This document shows, piece after piece, positions 48,873 through 58,585 of a stretch of DNA of 64,000 nt; position 1 is the stretch's first letter, and each line of letters begins with the position of its first letter. The notes below the pieces were generated by a model. That model was not told where the DNA came from and did no database searches. It saw nothing but the letters and a program-made list of their open reading frames with translations. The translations under genes were made by a program, and so were the position numbers. Source of the stretch: a virus. Where the stretch lies: positions 64,001 through 128,000 of IMG/VR virus record IMGVR_UViG_3300042884_001120. One strand, 5' to 3'.

Positions 48873-49991
48873 TTATCCATTAACCATGTCATTTATATCT
48901 ATTCCACGAATAACCGCCTTTAATTCGTCCATGGAAGATAATCTCGCAGCCTCCTGCTTTAAGTTTTCTTTTTGGGCTTCAGCTAGTAATATAATACCCT
49001 TTCTTCTTTCCTCGTCTTTCCATGCTTGTACTAAATTTAAAATACTCGCATTCTCATCTTTACGCTGCTGTAGGCGTTTAGACCTATCATCAACAAGGGA
49101 TTTATACAATTTTTGCTGTCGAGATCTACATTGGTTATATTCTGTATGTAGATTATTTATAGCGTCATTAAGTTGCATTTTAATATTTCTACCCTCGCCA
49201 TCTCCACTACTATTTCTTAACATCTCTCTCAACTCTTCTACTTGCTGTAAAACACTTGCGGCAGTAACTACTTCAGTACATAGAACAATAAACTGATCCA
49301 ACTCTTCCTGACTAAGCGCTTCCTTGTCATACGTATATCTTATGAAAGCATCTTCAAATAACTGCCGATCTCCAGAAGTTTTATATGTATTTATCTGATA
49401 ACAAAAACTAAAAGTATTTAAATATCTTTGTAGTACGTCAATTTGTTTTAACTGCGATGCTTTTAAAACGTCGAGTGACCAACCTAAATTTAAATATTTA
49501 TTTATTCTAAATAGAACCTGATCTTGCCTTCTGGGTGGGAAATAAGCACCCACTGGGGTTTGCGCATCCCTATCGGGGTTATAATTAATAGTTTCCAGAT
49601 GTTCTGGATCTTGCTTTTGTAAAGACTGTATATAAGCATTGACCTCCCTACATTCAAGAGTTACATGTGTTAACCTGTCATTAGTAAATAGTGTTTTTGC
49701 TAATTCAACATAATGCTGATCTTTATAATTATTTTTAATAAATTCCTTTTGCTCGTCCGTTAATTCAACCCTCTCTCTTTGGGTAACTGACTTGTTTTTA
49801 TAAGTAATTTTATTATCAAGTAAAAATTTCTTTACATTCCGCCCTTCCTTACTTCTACTATCAATAGAATCGTCCTGATATGCATATGCAGTTAACTCAG
49901 TAATTGTTGCATCTGGGTTTTTGGCCACCAATTCTCTTATCCTCTGTTTTTGCTCTGGCAGTAAATCTGCATCAGTTATCTCTTCGCTCAT
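48873..49991 (-). CDS. Hypothetical helical protein (small terminase candidate by position)
   Basis: N-terminal HTH-like segments and C-terminal coiled coil upstream of TerL. Confidence 0.45.
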   Translation of the reverse strand: MSEEITDADLLPEQKQRIRELVAKNPDATITELTAYAYQDDSIDSRSKEGRNVKKFLLDNKITYKNKSVTQRERVELTDEQKEFIKNNYKDQHYVELAKTLFTNDRLTHVTLECREVNAYIQSLQKQDPEHLETINYNPDRDAQTPVGAYFPPRRQDQVLFRINKYLNLGWSLDVLKASQLKQIDVLQRYLNTFSFCYQINTYKTSGDRQLFEDAFIRYTYDKEALSQEELDQFIVLCTEVVTAASVLQQVEELREMLRNSSGDGEGRNIKMQLNDAINNLHTEYNQCRSRQQKLYKSLVDDRSKRLQQRKDENASILNLVQAWKDEERRKGIILLAEAQKENLKQEAARLSSMDELKAVIRGIDINDMVNG

Positions 49992-50680
49992 AGTATTTCC
50001 TTTGCAAGTTCTCTAGCTTTTTGTAAAACTTTAGATTTAATTTTACTTATTTGTCTATAAGCTGGCCTGCCATCTTTATAACTTAATTTATATCCCATTT
50101 TTTTTGCTATAGCGGCCTCCTCTAAGTGCTGTAAAAACATTAAATCATATAATTTCCATTCAATATTCGACAAGTTTTTTTTCATTATATCGTTAAATGA
50201 TGGAATCATTCCTTCGATATCTATATAAGATTCCTTGCTTTCTATAAGAGACTCTAAATTTGTTTCTGGATTTTGTGTGTTTGGAGTATGTATGCTTACT
50301 GGAAATTTTATATCATAAGCATTCTTTTTTGTTTTTTCCCATTTAGAATAAGATTTACAAGAATTGTTCTGTGTGCCGTATACCGAGCAATTATGGTCTC
50401 CGGTATTGTATGGACATTTTAAACATGGTCGTGAAAAATTTGAATAATGATTTCTTAACATGTTCGTAATCTGATGGTTAATTACTTGATTTAACCAAGG
50501 TCTTAATGGCCTTACGTCATCCCATTTATCCCATTTATTATAAATATGAATCCTAAGCCTCTGTGATACATCTTGAAAATCCATCCAAGCAATAGCAGTT
50601 AAGTGCCAGCGATTTTTACGTTTACTAATTTCTTCGTCAATAATATCAATACTATCTTCAAATGAAGGCTTTATTGTCAT
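49988..50680 (-). CDS. Phage sigma factor-like protein (late sigma candidate)
   Basis: DFQDVSQ...WDDVRPLRPWLNQVI region-2-like segment; C-terminal HTH (EAAIAKKMGY). Confidence 0.7.
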   Translation of the reverse strand: MTIKPSFEDSIDIIDEEISKRKNRWHLTAIAWMDFQDVSQRLRIHIYNKWDKWDDVRPLRPWLNQVINHQITNMLRNHYSNFSRPCLKCPYNTGDHNCSVYGTQNNSCKSYSKWEKTKKNAYDIKFPVSIHTPNTQNPETNLESLIESKESYIDIEGMIPSFNDIMKKNLSNIEWKLYDLMFLQHLEEAAIAKKMGYKLSYKDGRPAYRQISKIKSKVLQKARELAKEIL

Positions 50681-50691
50681 AATAAATTATT

Positions 50692-51231
50692 TTAAGCCTG
50701 TCCGTTATTACCACGAAGTGAACCCGCCTCTTTTTGAAAATCACTCAGAACATCATCAGCTGTCCTATTATGAATCGGGGCATTATCATTAAATGAGTCA
50801 CTTGATGGTTTATAATTATTTACGTAACCATTTGTTAATAAATTCTCGAAAGAAATTCCCTCGGCCCTTCGTGCTTCAACTTTAAATTGTGGCTTTATGT
50901 ATTTAAATTTACTAGTATCAAAATCTTCAGAATCTATATATTCAATATCATCACTAGCGAACTGTTGCTCACTTGAAGTATCTTCGGATAAAATGTTTAC
51001 CCTATATTGTGGTGGCATGATCTTTTCAAGAGTAGCATTTATACGCTCATTCTGCTCTTGGCTCAATGGCTTGGCTTCTGCTAGGGACGCAGAGTTAGAC
51101 GGGAAGAGTTTTTTTAAATTATCGGACACATTTGGTTTGGTCGCAAAGCTAACACCACATTCCGAACAAAATTTTGGCATGTTTAAATTATATATAGTGG
51201 GCTTACCACACGAGGAGCAGAAATATTTCAT
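50692..51231 (-). CDS. Zinc-ribbon protein
   Basis: YFCSSCG...PKFCSECG. Confidence 0.7.
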   Translation of the reverse strand: MKYFCSSCGKPTIYNLNMPKFCSECGVSFATKPNVSDNLKKLFPSNSASLAEAKPLSQEQNERINATLEKIMPPQYRVNILSEDTSSEQQFASDDIEYIDSEDFDTSKFKYIKPQFKVEARRAEGISFENLLTNGYVNNYKPSSDSFNDNAPIHNRTADDVLSDFQKEAGSLRGNNGQA

Positions 51232-51318
51232 ACACTTATTATCAAATAATTACACATAAAATTCTAAATTCTCTTTTGAATGGCCTTTTGGTAATATTCA
51301 CAGTGTAATATTATATTA

Positions 51319-51909
51319 ATGCTTTCGTTAACTAGTTCGGATATTTTTAAAACAATACAAAACGATTTGGCTGAAAATGATGGTAAAATTTTTATACAAA
51401 AAGGCAAGTATTGCGCTGGTCATAGCAAGTGCGAAGGAATCTTTTACTTTAATAGTAAAGAACAACCTATAATAAAAGTAGCAACTGGCGGCAAAACACA
51501 AGAAGAATGGGTTGGCGTATTAATTCATGAGTACTGTCATTTTTTACAATGGCATGAGAATAGTAAAATTTGGGAAGAGTTTGATAACCAAGACTTTACG
51601 TTTGAAAATGTTATAAGTAATCCCAAAAAATTTAAGAAAGAGATTTTAGTTTTATTGAAATTAGAATTAGACTGTGAAAAACGTGCGGTTAAAATAATAA
51701 AAAATAATAAACTATTTTGTACTAAAGAGTACGCCAAATTTGCTAACGCGATTCTCTATAAATATGGTTATTTATATGTAAATAACATTTGGCCGAATTC
51801 TGGCGCTAAATATAGAGCAATAGCAGATCACTGCCCAAATGTTCTATTAAAATCGCATCTTAACTATATAGAAATACCTAATTCTATAAGTACACTATAC
51901 TCAAGTTAA
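51319..51909 (+). CDS. Zincin-like metallopeptidase
   Basis: LIHEYCH (HExxH) plus downstream ELDCE. Confidence 0.65.
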   Translation: MLSLTSSDIFKTIQNDLAENDGKIFIQKGKYCAGHSKCEGIFYFNSKEQPIIKVATGGKTQEEWVGVLIHEYCHFLQWHENSKIWEEFDNQDFTFENVISNPKKFKKEILVLLKLELDCEKRAVKIIKNNKLFCTKEYAKFANAILYKYGYLYVNNIWPNSGAKYRAIADHCPNVLLKSHLNYIEIPNSISTLYSS

Positions 51910-51910
51910 C

Positions 51911-52645
51911 TTATCCGCCCCGTCTAAGGCTCTCAAAGCTTTCAATAACATAGGAAAGAATTTCAGATCTTACAATATCTTCTTTTCCAAATTGGAAAGT
52001 ATGTATACCATGTTGTTTTGATACATCATTATCAAACAGATTATAAACACGGTTAAAACCGCTGTTTTTAATATCTGATTGTTGATCATCACCAAGGATG
52101 TATAGATTTGAAAAATTAGCCATACGGCTCATTACGAGTAGGAAGTCTTCCACGCGGCAGTTCTGGGCTTCGTCCATGATAAATGCGGCGTTTGCAATAT
52201 TTAAACCACGTAGGAACCCTAGTGGTAAACCTATAAAACGATTGTCATTACTTAATGCCCTGACTTGTGGTTCTGGTAATAGCTCATTTAATTTGTCCAT
52301 TAATGGCTGTATGTATGGACTCATTTTTTCATCTGTTGTTCCCTTTATATATCCGATACCATGAATTGAACTCTCAACAGGTACTCTGCTATAATAAATT
52401 TCTGATATCTTTTTTTCCTTTATTTTTTTCAGGGCCATGTATGTGGCAAGTAATGTTTTGGATGTTCCAGCGACACCCTTGATTATGATAACCCTTGTAT
52501 TTTTATCATTTGCTAGTTCAAAAAACTGCTTTTGTTTATCAGTCCAAGGTAATTCTCTTAAACTTAAATCAATACTTACTTTTGTTCTTTTCTTGTCAAC
52601 ATAGGGAGAAGTATCTTTTTTGCTTTTATCTGTTTTATTTTTCAT
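51911..52645 (-). CDS. phoH: PhoH-like ATPase
   Basis: GVAGTSKT, FLRG, MDEAQN, LGDDQQSD, DIVRS motifs. Confidence 0.93.
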   Translation of the reverse strand: MKNKTDKSKKDTSPYVDKKRTKVSIDLSLRELPWTDKQKQFFELANDKNTRVIIIKGVAGTSKTLLATYMALKKIKEKKISEIYYSRVPVESSIHGIGYIKGTTDEKMSPYIQPLMDKLNELLPEPQVRALSNDNRFIGLPLGFLRGLNIANAAFIMDEAQNCRVEDFLLVMSRMANFSNLYILGDDQQSDIKNSGFNRVYNLFDNDVSKQHGIHTFQFGKEDIVRSEILSYVIESFESLRRGG

Positions 52646-52783
52646 AAAAATTTTTGTAGGAACAAATTCTCGAACGTGAGAATTTATGGGGCGAAGTTTT
52701 GAAAAAGTGTCTGAAGACAGTTTGGGCCACTTGAAAATCTATTCCCGAACTATGGGAGGCCAATATATTCACTACTATATATA

Positions 52784-53461
52784 TTACACTTTATGTAATG
52801 TAATTTTACCTAAATTATCTATTGTAATGTAAGAACATTCCGCATAGGTAAAACATCCGGTATTGGCATATGTAATATCTTCAACATTTGTGTGTTCGTG
52901 CTGATGAACATGTGAACAAATAATTGAATTATAATTTTGATTTTTTGCCCACTTAATTGCATTTTGCCGCACTCTACTTGCGGCGTGTATCCAATTCTTG
53001 CTACGCTTTTTGAAAAAACCCGGCACACGCTGTTCTTTTGGGTCTATTGCCTGTAACCAGTAATATATTCCGCCCGCTATGTGTGTTAATATAGGATGAT
53101 CTCCTATGAAACTATCAAATTGATCGCCATGAGTTACAATAATTTTATTATTATTAACATTAATTCTAACTTCTCTTGAGTGCTCGTATCCTATGAATTC
53201 AGACAGTATCTTTGAAACATCTTCATCGTGATTACCGGCATTCCAGTAACACTTGCTATTTTTAGTTAGTTTTCGTAAACTCGATAACAGGTGCCAATCT
53301 TTTTTGCCTAATCTTTTTGTATGGTTTACATCTATTATATCACCATTTAGTATAATATTTTTAGCCGGAATATTTTTTATAACCCATTCGAACTTATCAT
53401 GTTGACAAACCAAACTCGTAAGGTGTAAATCTGAAACAATTAAATACTCATATTCTTTCAC
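52784..53461 (-). CDS. Calcineurin-like metallophosphoesterase (LpxH/YbbF-like)
   Basis: SDLHL, GDIID, GNHD, HGD, SHVH motifs; likely GTG start at 53461. Confidence 0.85.
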   Translation of the reverse strand: MKEYEYLIVSDLHLTSLVCQHDKFEWVIKNIPAKNIILNGDIIDVNHTKRLGKKDWHLLSSLRKLTKNSKCYWNAGNHDEDVSKILSEFIGYEHSREVRINVNNNKIIVTHGDQFDSFIGDHPILTHIAGGIYYWLQAIDPKEQRVPGFFKKRSKNWIHAASRVRQNAIKWAKNQNYNSIICSHVHQHEHTNVEDITYANTGCFTYAECSYITIDNLGKITLHKV

Positions 53462-53536
53462 ACTATATATTACAAAGTTTTTTTGAACATTCCAACAAAA
53501 GTTTTGTCTCAATATTGTAACAAAAATTACAACAAT

Positions 53537-53986
53537 ATGAATATAACACTAGTACCTAAAAAAATAGTAAACATACCCAATTATACAGTTGGAAGTATTA
53601 ATTCGTCTTATGATCCATTTCAAATACTTGACACTTGGTCTAGTAAATGGTCTGGAATTTGGGACGACTTCGACGCGGTCACCAGCCCATCATTCAACTC
53701 TAAGCTATTGAATAAGTGGAAGCAAGACGAGACCAATCAGGATAAATTCAAACTTGAAATTGAACTTCCAAGGTTTAAATCTGAGAATATTAATGTATCC
53801 ATAGATAATGGCGTACTACATGTGTCCGCCGAACAGGATAGTTTAAAATTCTATTCTTCGGAAAGTTTTCCTGACTTTTTAGATGCGAAAACCATTGCGG
53901 CCAAACTTGACCACGGCGTTCTTTACGTGTCGGCAAGCAAATTAGAAGCGGCGAAACCAAGAAAAATTAAAGTACAGGTTGGGTAA
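53537..53986 (+). CDS. Small heat shock protein (Hsp20)
   Basis: LEIELP...INVSIDNGVLHVSAE...IAAKLDHGVLYV...PRKIKV; likely start ATG 53537. Confidence 0.9.
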   Translation: MNITLVPKKIVNIPNYTVGSINSSYDPFQILDTWSSKWSGIWDDFDAVTSPSFNSKLLNKWKQDETNQDKFKLEIELPRFKSENINVSIDNGVLHVSAEQDSLKFYSSESFPDFLDAKTIAAKLDHGVLYVSASKLEAAKPRKIKVQVG

Positions 53987-53992
53987 GTAATA

Positions 53993-54265
53993 CTAAACCG
54001 AATCTTTGGTTGGCGAGTCAGGCTCTTGTTTGGCTCGCCAATTTTTTTTGTACTCACTAACCTTGTTTAAATTATTCTTTTGCCACTCGCGAACCTCGGC
54101 AATACGATCCTTTTTTATTATTTCGTATCTTTCGCGCTCTACCTTGCGACAGCAGGTTTTGCACCAAGCGTGAAAACCGTCCCTGCTCTTGCGGTTAATA
54201 CTAAAGCAAATTAAGGGTATTTCAGTTCGACAAAGGCCGCAGATTTTAGTGACTTCTGCTTGCAT
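53993..54265 (-). CDS. Stand-alone Cys4 zinc domain of the type found N-terminal to HNH/endoVII homing nucleases
   Basis: KICGLC...F...DG...WCKTC, with no nuclease domain following. Confidence 0.6.
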   Translation of the reverse strand: MQAEVTKICGLCRTEIPLICFSINRKSRDGFHAWCKTCCRKVERERYEIIKKDRIAEVREWQKNNLNKVSEYKKNWRAKQEPDSPTKDSV

Positions 54266-54275
54266 TCGGAAAGTT

Positions 54276-54608
54276 TTAATTTATATCCTCTTCAGTTGTG
54301 CCTGATTCGGTTGCGTCCTCTTCAGTTGTGACTGGTTCGGTAATATCCCATTGTATTGGAGGCGCGTCCTCTATCACTTGAGGAACAGGTACTTCCTCAA
54401 TCACGGGAGGGCGAACCAGATTGTTGTCAATTATATACTGCTCACACTCCTCTAGTGTTCCGACGAAAAGATTCGCCTGTGTTGATGTATATAAGGGTTC
54501 CAGATTATAAGAAATAATATTTTTACTGTCATCAAAAACTAAATGCCAAAGGTTTTCATGCTCTTCGGCACTAAATGACCATCCTTGTGAATTTTTTTCT
54601 ATAATCAT
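54276..54608 (-). CDS. Hypothetical acidic protein (possible fibre chaperone)
   Basis: Directly downstream of an adhesin-like gene. Confidence 0.55.
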   Translation of the reverse strand: MIIEKNSQGWSFSAEEHENLWHLVFDDSKNIISYNLEPLYTSTQANLFVGTLEECEQYIIDNNLVRPPVIEEVPVPQVIEDAPPIQWDITEPVTTEEDATESGTTEEDIN

Positions 54609-54615
54609 ATTATTT

Positions 54616-56547
54616 TTAGTTAGTTAGTGTTAGTGTGGAACTGGCGCTATCATACGTGGCAGTTCTTCCGGCAGCTGAACCCTGTAGGGTTATTACGGAA
54701 TAATTATTAACTGTAGGTCCGGCGAATAGTTGAAAAGACTCTCCGAGTGCGGGGACAGAATTGAACACCACAATTAAACTAGTGCCTGCGCTGAACGATG
54801 CAGAAGTTATTCTTGCGTACGGGTCACTAAATGGCAGACGATTTACTAATGTACCACCTGTTATGGTTGTGGAGCCAGTATATGTCGGACCAATATTTAA
54901 AGCAGGGACACCTGAAAGAGTTAATGTACTAAATGGATTTGTTTTAATTAAATTAATATTACCAGAAATACTTCCATTGTATATTGAGTTATGGGCATTT
55001 TGAGGATTGATTGTTAAATTAGCAACGGTTGAAGAGTTATTAAATATCTTACATCCCGTCCCTCCGTTGTTAATACTTCTAAAGATTTGACCGTTTCCAT
55101 TTAAATTAATGGTTTCTGTGCCTCCAAAAGTTATATTATCATTATTAATTGCAAGTGGAACATCGCATCTAACATTACTGCCACCAATAATTCTTAAGGT
55201 TTGAAACCTATTCCCACTAACAGCTATAATTGCTGTTGTCACGCCTATAAAACCAAAATTAACAGCTGTACTATTAAAAATTACAGGAGAGCCAGTTAAA
55301 ATAGCAGTTGTATTAGTGTTTCCAAAAATATTTACAAGAACTGCTCCCCAAGTTGGTGTTCCTGAAATACCACCATTAAATGTTAAAGTAATGGATGGAG
55401 CACCGAAAGCAAACTGAACATTTTGATTAACGGGACCGCCAGTAACAAAGGTAATCGGACCATTAAATGTTGTAGACTTTCCTACATTGATTAATGACAG
55501 AGTGCCTACACCGGAAACATAAGATGAATAAATAGGATTGTTGATAACAACAGTTGCTGGTATGGCAGTTGGTTGTATTAGAATAGGAAATGACGCAGTT
55601 GTTTGTAAATAAACACTTCCAGTTCCAAATGGGTTGCTATTAAAAACGCTCACAAAACCACTATTAATAAATGTATCTCCTGTATAGGTATTATTACCAC
55701 TCAATGATAATACTCCTGATCCAAGTTTTGTTAAATTTCCAGAGCCGCCAATATTTCCACCAAGAACAATTGGGCCACTATTACAATTTACACCCCTACG
55801 CGTTCCAGATAGTAGAATATCATTACGAATTGTCTGGGTTCTGCTGGTATTATTTACGATTCCACTATAGGTTAGAATAAATCTATTACCAGTAATAGTA
55901 ATTGCTCTGGAACCCGCATCAAATATTATACCATTGAATTGCGTGTCCGTTGGGAGATCGTTAAAAGCACGGTTAGGACCGATGGGGTCGCTGAAGTAAA
56001 TTGCGTCATAATTAACGGGAACCAGACCATTCGCCCAGTTTACTCCGCTGCTAAACACAGGGTTCTGCGTAGGTGTACCTGGCGCGCCATTAATCCATGC
56101 TTGATCTGCGTACCCATTTACCAAATAATCAACATTAAAATCCAACTTATCTATTTCCGCCTGATATTTATTAACATTATTTATTCTAATGGTTCTGTCT
56201 ATTGTGCCCATTTGTGCCCCGGTTAGATTAAAATTAACAGTCTTATTGGCGGCGCCGGTTATAGAATTACGATTGGCATAAATACCAGTTGCCACATCCT
56301 CCAAACTCTCTTTTGTTAGGTAGTTGTTTTCAAAACGCAGCGTTTGCAAAAGCGGGGCGCCAGATGTAGATATACCAGTGAGTACTGTTATACCATTACC
56401 AGATGCGGTAATGCCGGTAAGGTTAGGAAATATTGATAAATCAACAGTACCGCCCAGTGGCGTACCACCAACGCCAGTTGGGGAAGTTAACTCTAACCCG
56501 AGTTCCCTGATAAATGTTCCACCTAAAATTCCAATTTGTTCTGGCAT
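54616..56547 (-). CDS. Adhesin-like beta-helix protein with autotransporter-associated beta-strand repeats and LRR-like N-terminus
   Basis: GSGNLTKLGSGVLSLSGNNTYTGDTFINSG and TYTGSTTITGGTL repeats; DLSIFPNLTGI / LQTLRFENNYL. Confidence 0.75.
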   Translation of the reverse strand: MPEQIGILGGTFIRELGLELTSPTGVGGTPLGGTVDLSIFPNLTGITASGNGITVLTGISTSGAPLLQTLRFENNYLTKESLEDVATGIYANRNSITGAANKTVNFNLTGAQMGTIDRTIRINNVNKYQAEIDKLDFNVDYLVNGYADQAWINGAPGTPTQNPVFSSGVNWANGLVPVNYDAIYFSDPIGPNRAFNDLPTDTQFNGIIFDAGSRAITITGNRFILTYSGIVNNTSRTQTIRNDILLSGTRRGVNCNSGPIVLGGNIGGSGNLTKLGSGVLSLSGNNTYTGDTFINSGFVSVFNSNPFGTGSVYLQTTASFPILIQPTAIPATVVINNPIYSSYVSGVGTLSLINVGKSTTFNGPITFVTGGPVNQNVQFAFGAPSITLTFNGGISGTPTWGAVLVNIFGNTNTTAILTGSPVIFNSTAVNFGFIGVTTAIIAVSGNRFQTLRIIGGSNVRCDVPLAINNDNITFGGTETINLNGNGQIFRSINNGGTGCKIFNNSSTVANLTINPQNAHNSIYNGSISGNINLIKTNPFSTLTLSGVPALNIGPTYTGSTTITGGTLVNRLPFSDPYARITSASFSAGTSLIVVFNSVPALGESFQLFAGPTVNNYSVITLQGSAAGRTATYDSASSTLTLTN

Positions 56548-56648
56548 ATTAATTTATATTACACTGCGAGAAAATACCTGACACCTTGTATTGTATTATA
56601 CAAGATGTATTATATTATATAAAATATATTATATAAATTATAATTAGT

Positions 56649-56840
56649 ATGAAAAGTACATTAAATAAATTTAAACTAAATGATAATATTGAGTTTTTAG
56701 AGAAAAGTACTAGAAACTGGCGTTATGGCAAGATTGTCGAAATAATTAATGAGAATAAATATAAAATATATAGCGGAATGGATATTTTTTGGGCCAAACA
56801 AGTTAAAAACGGCGAAAAGTTTCAGCTTGAGACATTCTAA
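56649..56840 (+). CDS. Small hypothetical protein (SH3/Tudor-like)
   Basis: FKLNDNIEF...WRYGKIVEI pattern. Confidence 0.5.
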   Translation: MKSTLNKFKLNDNIEFLEKSTRNWRYGKIVEIINENKYKIYSGMDIFWAKQVKNGEKFQLETF

Positions 56841-56846
56841 TACTGT

Positions 56847-58277
56847 TTATATATAAATTAACGGACTGACTATATTAACGCCATTTTGTATTATCGCCTG
56901 TGCAATACGTTCGTCGCAAGTTGATACTATCTTGCGCTTGCCGCCAACAAGTAATCCGTTGAGTAGTGGTGCTGGTGCGCCTGATGCTAGCTGTAAATTC
57001 ACCAAACCTGTTAGGAATCCAGTCCATGGAACCTCTTTTGGGTTCTCGCCAAGGTGGTTTTCCCAGTTTAGTAATGTTGCCCACAGGCCGTCACCACCAG
57101 TGTTTGTGAAATATAGCGTTGCGGTGGCTTGTCCACCTATGTAATACGTGCCATTAATGTATAGGTCTCCATTAACTGTGCCCGTGTTGTAACTTGAGTC
57201 GAAAAACGCTGCGTTTCCATTAGTAACCGTGCCACTGTTGTAGCTAGTATCGTTAAAGGTGGCGTTTCCTATTACTATTCCTCCGCTAGCGTTATAGCTA
57301 AAGTCGTTAAACGTGGCATTTCCTGAGACTGTGCCAGCAGGAAAGGAGTTAAAGCTAGTATCGTTAAACGTGGCGTTGCCTGTTACTGTGTCGAAGTTGC
57401 GGCTAAGGCCGTTAAACGTGGCGTCTCCTGTTACTGTGCCGTTGTTACCGCTTTCTGAATCAAATGTGGCATTTCCTGAGACTGTGCCGCCGTTGTAACT
57501 ATATTCATTAAAGGTAGCGTTCCCTGAGACTGTGCCGTTGTTGTCGCCAGATTCGTTAAATGTGGCGTCTCCTGTTACTGTGCCGCTGTTGTAGCTATCC
57601 CCGTTAAACGTGGCGTCTCCTGTTACTGTGCCGCCGTTGGCGCTATAGTCGTTAAACGTGGCATCTCCCAAGACTGTGACGTAGTTGCGGCTAAGGCCGT
57701 TAAACGTGGCGTCTCCTGTTACTGTGCCTTGGTTGAAGGCACCCCCGTTAAACGTGGCGTCTCCTGTTACTGTGCCGAGGTTGTAACCACCACTAAACGT
57801 CCATGTTGGGTTGGCGGTTGTAAATATCCAACTGGAAGGGTCATAAGTCCAACTAAGATTACCATATGTAAATGTGACTGGAGTTTCGGAAGTAAAATTG
57901 TAAGAACCAGCACTACCAAACCTAATATCTACAAATGAACTTGCCGTAAACGTGGCATCTCCCGTTACTGTTCCATCGTTCTGGCTAAAGTCGTTAAACG
58001 TAGCGTCTCCTGAGACTGTGCCGTAGTTGCCGCTATAGTTGTTAAACGTGGCGTTTCCTACTGCTCCAGTAAAGTTCACAGGAACGGGATTATCAACATA
58101 AATATGAGCAAGAGTTACTGACGTAGATGGGCCGCTAAACATAGGACTCGACAGATACACAGTATCCCCATTAGCAGGGAGGGCTAACGCAGGAGTGATA
58201 AACGAGGCATCAGACCACCAGTTGCCTAGCGTGTCCCATGCATAATCTACTGCGTTGTTGTAGTAGAGGTTAGCCAT
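56847..58277 (-). CDS. Beta-solenoid repeat protein (16-aa repeats)
   Basis: About 15 copies of NxGTV(T/S)G(D/N)ATFNxxSx, flanked by W.T..NW motifs. Confidence 0.8.
   Translation of the reverse strand: MANLYYNNAVDYAWDTLGNWWSDASFITPALALPANGDTVYLSSPMFSGPSTSVTLAHIYVDNPVPVNFTGAVGNATFNNYSGNYGTVSGDATFNDFSQNDGTVTGDATFTASSFVDIRFGSAGSYNFTSETPVTFTYGNLSWTYDPSSWIFTTANPTWTFSGGYNLGTVTGDATFNGGAFNQGTVTGDATFNGLSRNYVTVLGDATFNDYSANGGTVTGDATFNGDSYNSGTVTGDATFNESGDNNGTVSGNATFNEYSYNGGTVSGNATFDSESGNNGTVTGDATFNGLSRNFDTVTGNATFNDTSFNSFPAGTVSGNATFNDFSYNASGGIVIGNATFNDTSYNSGTVTNGNAAFFDSSYNTGTVNGDLYINGTYYIGGQATATLYFTNTGGDGLWATLLNWENHLGENPKEVPWTGFLTGLVNLQLASGAPAPLLNGLLVGGKRKIVSTCDERIAQAIIQNGVNIVSPLIYI
57170..58060 (-). repeat. 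48-bp tandem repeat array
   Basis: Core CCGTTAAACGTGGCGTCTCCTGTTACTGTGCC repeated, with a non-repetitive break at about 57790-57940. Confidence 0.9.
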
Positions 58278-58585
58278 TAGCGTCTGGTTGCGGGAAGGAA
58301 TAGGTCAGATATTGCTTTAGCAGGATCCGTTCCCAGAATTTCGGATATACGAGCGTCTACATCCTGATCGGTAAATTGTCCGATAGCACTATATGCTTCC
58401 CCCGTCCAAAGAGTGATAGGACGATTAACCCCCTTAATAATCGCCATGGCAACCCTTGCTGTGTTATCATAAGTAACAATATAATCAATACTATCGAGGA
58501 CAACTGGCGCGAAGTGTTTTATTGTTCCATCAGACTTTTTGATGGAAGGTATGCTAATCGTGATGGGTGATTCTAGAGTTATCAT
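58277..58585 (-). CDS. Hypothetical protein
   Basis: LWTGEAYSAIGQFTD motif; TAATG overlap with the downstream gene; GTGTAA motif upstream. Confidence 0.7.
   Translation of the reverse strand: MITLESPITISIPSIKKSDGTIKHFAPVVLDSIDYIVTYDNTARVAMAIIKGVNRPITLWTGEAYSAIGQFTDQDVDARISEILGTDPAKAISDLFLPATRR

Noticed and set aside
52664-52685. Hairpin AAATTCTC-GAACGT-GAGAATTT upstream of phoH, resembling the 3020-3096 motifs
   Set aside because: Single copy and lacks the tandem GA architecture; could be chance or an ordinary leader hairpin.
53993-54265. Active homing endonuclease
   Set aside because: Only the zinc-binding N-terminal module is present; no HNH or endoVII catalytic domain follows.
57170-58060. 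CRISPR array or DGR template/variable repeat
   Set aside because: Units are in-frame 48-bp coding repeats without unique spacers; no adenine-specific variation and no reverse transcriptase seen.
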